From: a virus
Lineage: Duplodnaviria > Caudoviricetes
Strand: one strand, 5' to 3'
IMG/VR virus record: IMGVR_UViG_3300020044_006329
Span: 1 to 44,265 of that record
Length of the DNA stretch: 44,265 nt
The stretch's first letter is position 1, and every line of letters starts with the position of its first letter. Shown here piece by piece: positions 43,140-44,265 of this stretch. The notes beneath the pieces were generated by a model. The model was not told the DNA's origin. It saw nothing but the letters and a program-made list of their open reading frames with translations, and did no database searches. The translations under genes were made by a program, and so were the position numbers.

Positions 43140-44265
43140 CGGTGGCCTCTTTCTTCATCGCGTCCAGCACGGCGGCGAGTGGGGTGGCCTCACTGCTCGA
43201 CATATACATCCGATGTCCGTTTATCGTGCCGACAAAGGACGCAGCCCAGCCTGTGCCAAAGGGCCGCACACTGCACCCCGTCTTACCCACCCACTCCCAC
43301 GCCTCCAGCGCCCCGCGAAGGTCGGCGGCGTGGGCCTCGGCGGCTTCCTGAGATTTCTTCCGTGCTGCCATTTCAGCAGGAACGCCAAGGATCAGGAAGG
43401 TGTCACTAATCCCATCGTTCGCCACGCCACCTGACGCCCTCACTGCGTCACATAGGGAGCGATACAGGCCAGCGGCGCGTCCCTCGGCGGCTTCGGCGCG
43501 GGCTGTGGCGAGACAGGCTACGCATCCCTGAGCCAGCCGATACAGGTGGCCGCAAGTGCATCGCATGAGTTCGTTTGGTCCGACATCAGCACGAGGCCCT
43601 ACTCCCCGCAGCCGCTCGTTATCGGCGCGGAGCTGGTCGCGCTCGGCGGTGATGGCCTTGTTTTTCTCCTCTGCCTTTTTTGCCCGCCTGAACAGGCTGT
43701 CGGCTTCCACGCGAAGTCGCTCCTCTTCCGGTAACAGGTTGTTGCGCCGTTGCCTCGGAATTTCCGCGTTGTCGTCAGGCTCCCAGCTTTCGTTCATGCC
43801 GTCCATTCCTTGTCCCATATAATTCCCCTCCCTCAAAATCGATTCGGCCTCGCGGCGAAGTGTCACGGTATCCCAGTTGAGGCCACCATCGGCCATTTCG
43901 TTCAGTTTCTCCGCCGCACCCTCCCGCCGCTGCTGGGCGTCACGGGCGGCGAGTGGGTTGCTGTTCTTCCCGCGCATCGCATCGGCTGCAATATGCGAGA
44001 TTGTCGAGTGTCCGCTGTCCTCGCCAAGTGGGATGGATCGGTAGTAGATGTCGGACAGTGCCGCGTGCATGAGGTCGCGCTCCCGCTCCAACCCCCGCAC
44101 GTACTCCAGGATGCCGGGGAAGGCGTTGTGGACGGCGGCGATGTAAGCGCCCGTGCTGCTTGCCGGGTGTGCCGTGGTATGCCAGATCATCGCTACCTGC
44201 TGGCCTGCCGCGTGTACCTGCCAACGCCCGCCCTTAGACGAGCCAAAGTTCCACTCTCCAGGCGT
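43129..44265 (-). CDS. mosaic Ead/Ea22-like protein, 5' end outside the window
   Basis: Frame is open to the window edge (TPGEW...); TPGxW...AYIAAVHN pattern, coiled coils, CxC...CxxC. Confidence 0.7.
   Translation of the reverse strand, partial: TPGEWNFGSSKGGRWQVHAAGQQVAMIWHTTAHPASSTGAYIAAVHNAFPGILEYVRGLERERDLMHAALSDIYYRSIPLGEDSGHSTISHIAADAMRGKNSNPLAARDAQQRREGAAEKLNEMADGGLNWDTVTLRREAESILREGNYMGQGMDGMNESWEPDDNAEIPRQRRNNLLPEEERLRVEADSLFRRAKKAEEKNKAITAERDQLRADNERLRGVGPRADVGPNELMRCTCGHLYRLAQGCVACLATARAEAAEGRAAGLYRSLCDAVRASGGVANDGISDTFLILGVPAEMAARKKSQEAAEAHAADLRGALEAWEWVGKTGCSVRPFGTGWAASFVGTINGHRMYMSSSEATPLAAVLDAMKKEATDGR

Noticed and set aside
1-44265. Alternative genetic code / stop-codon reassignment
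   Set aside because: Core genes are intact in the standard code, and TAA, TAG and TGA all serve as stops

Overview
About 44 kb of a tailed dsDNA bacteriophage (podovirus-like architecture; no host genes, integrase or att site visible). Left (1-4.66 kb): ThyX, tRNA-Arg(CCT), four AlpA/excisionase-type HTH genes, a DUF559 endonuclease, a holin-like gene and several structured intergenic elements. Centre (4.7-40.1 kb, + strand): terminase large subunit, portal, GroES-like co-chaperonin, probable scaffold, Mu gpT-like major capsid protein, an inserted HNH endonuclease, tail fibres (one with a C-terminal S74 chaperone), small basic proteins, adaptor/nozzle proteins, a ferritin/Dps-like protein and large internal virion proteins ending in a 2051-aa HExxH + LPD38-like protein. 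Right (40.1-44.3 kb, - strand): degenerate RusA-like gene, peptidase M15 endolysin, dUTPase and a GC-richer run of mosaic Ead/Ea22-like genes. Most notable observations: (1) a candidate ~380-nt multi-domain ncRNA behind a near-consensus sigma70 promoter (2297-2712); (2) three promoter-sRNA-terminator cassettes; (3) leaderless promoters on at least seven genes; (4) strong excess of TGGCGCTA with near absence of GGCGCC; (5) a short domain shared by a stand-alone gene and an ejection protein; (6) recurrent AxGG and MYKLP motifs that may be processing sites. All family calls come from motif recognition by eye, not database searches.
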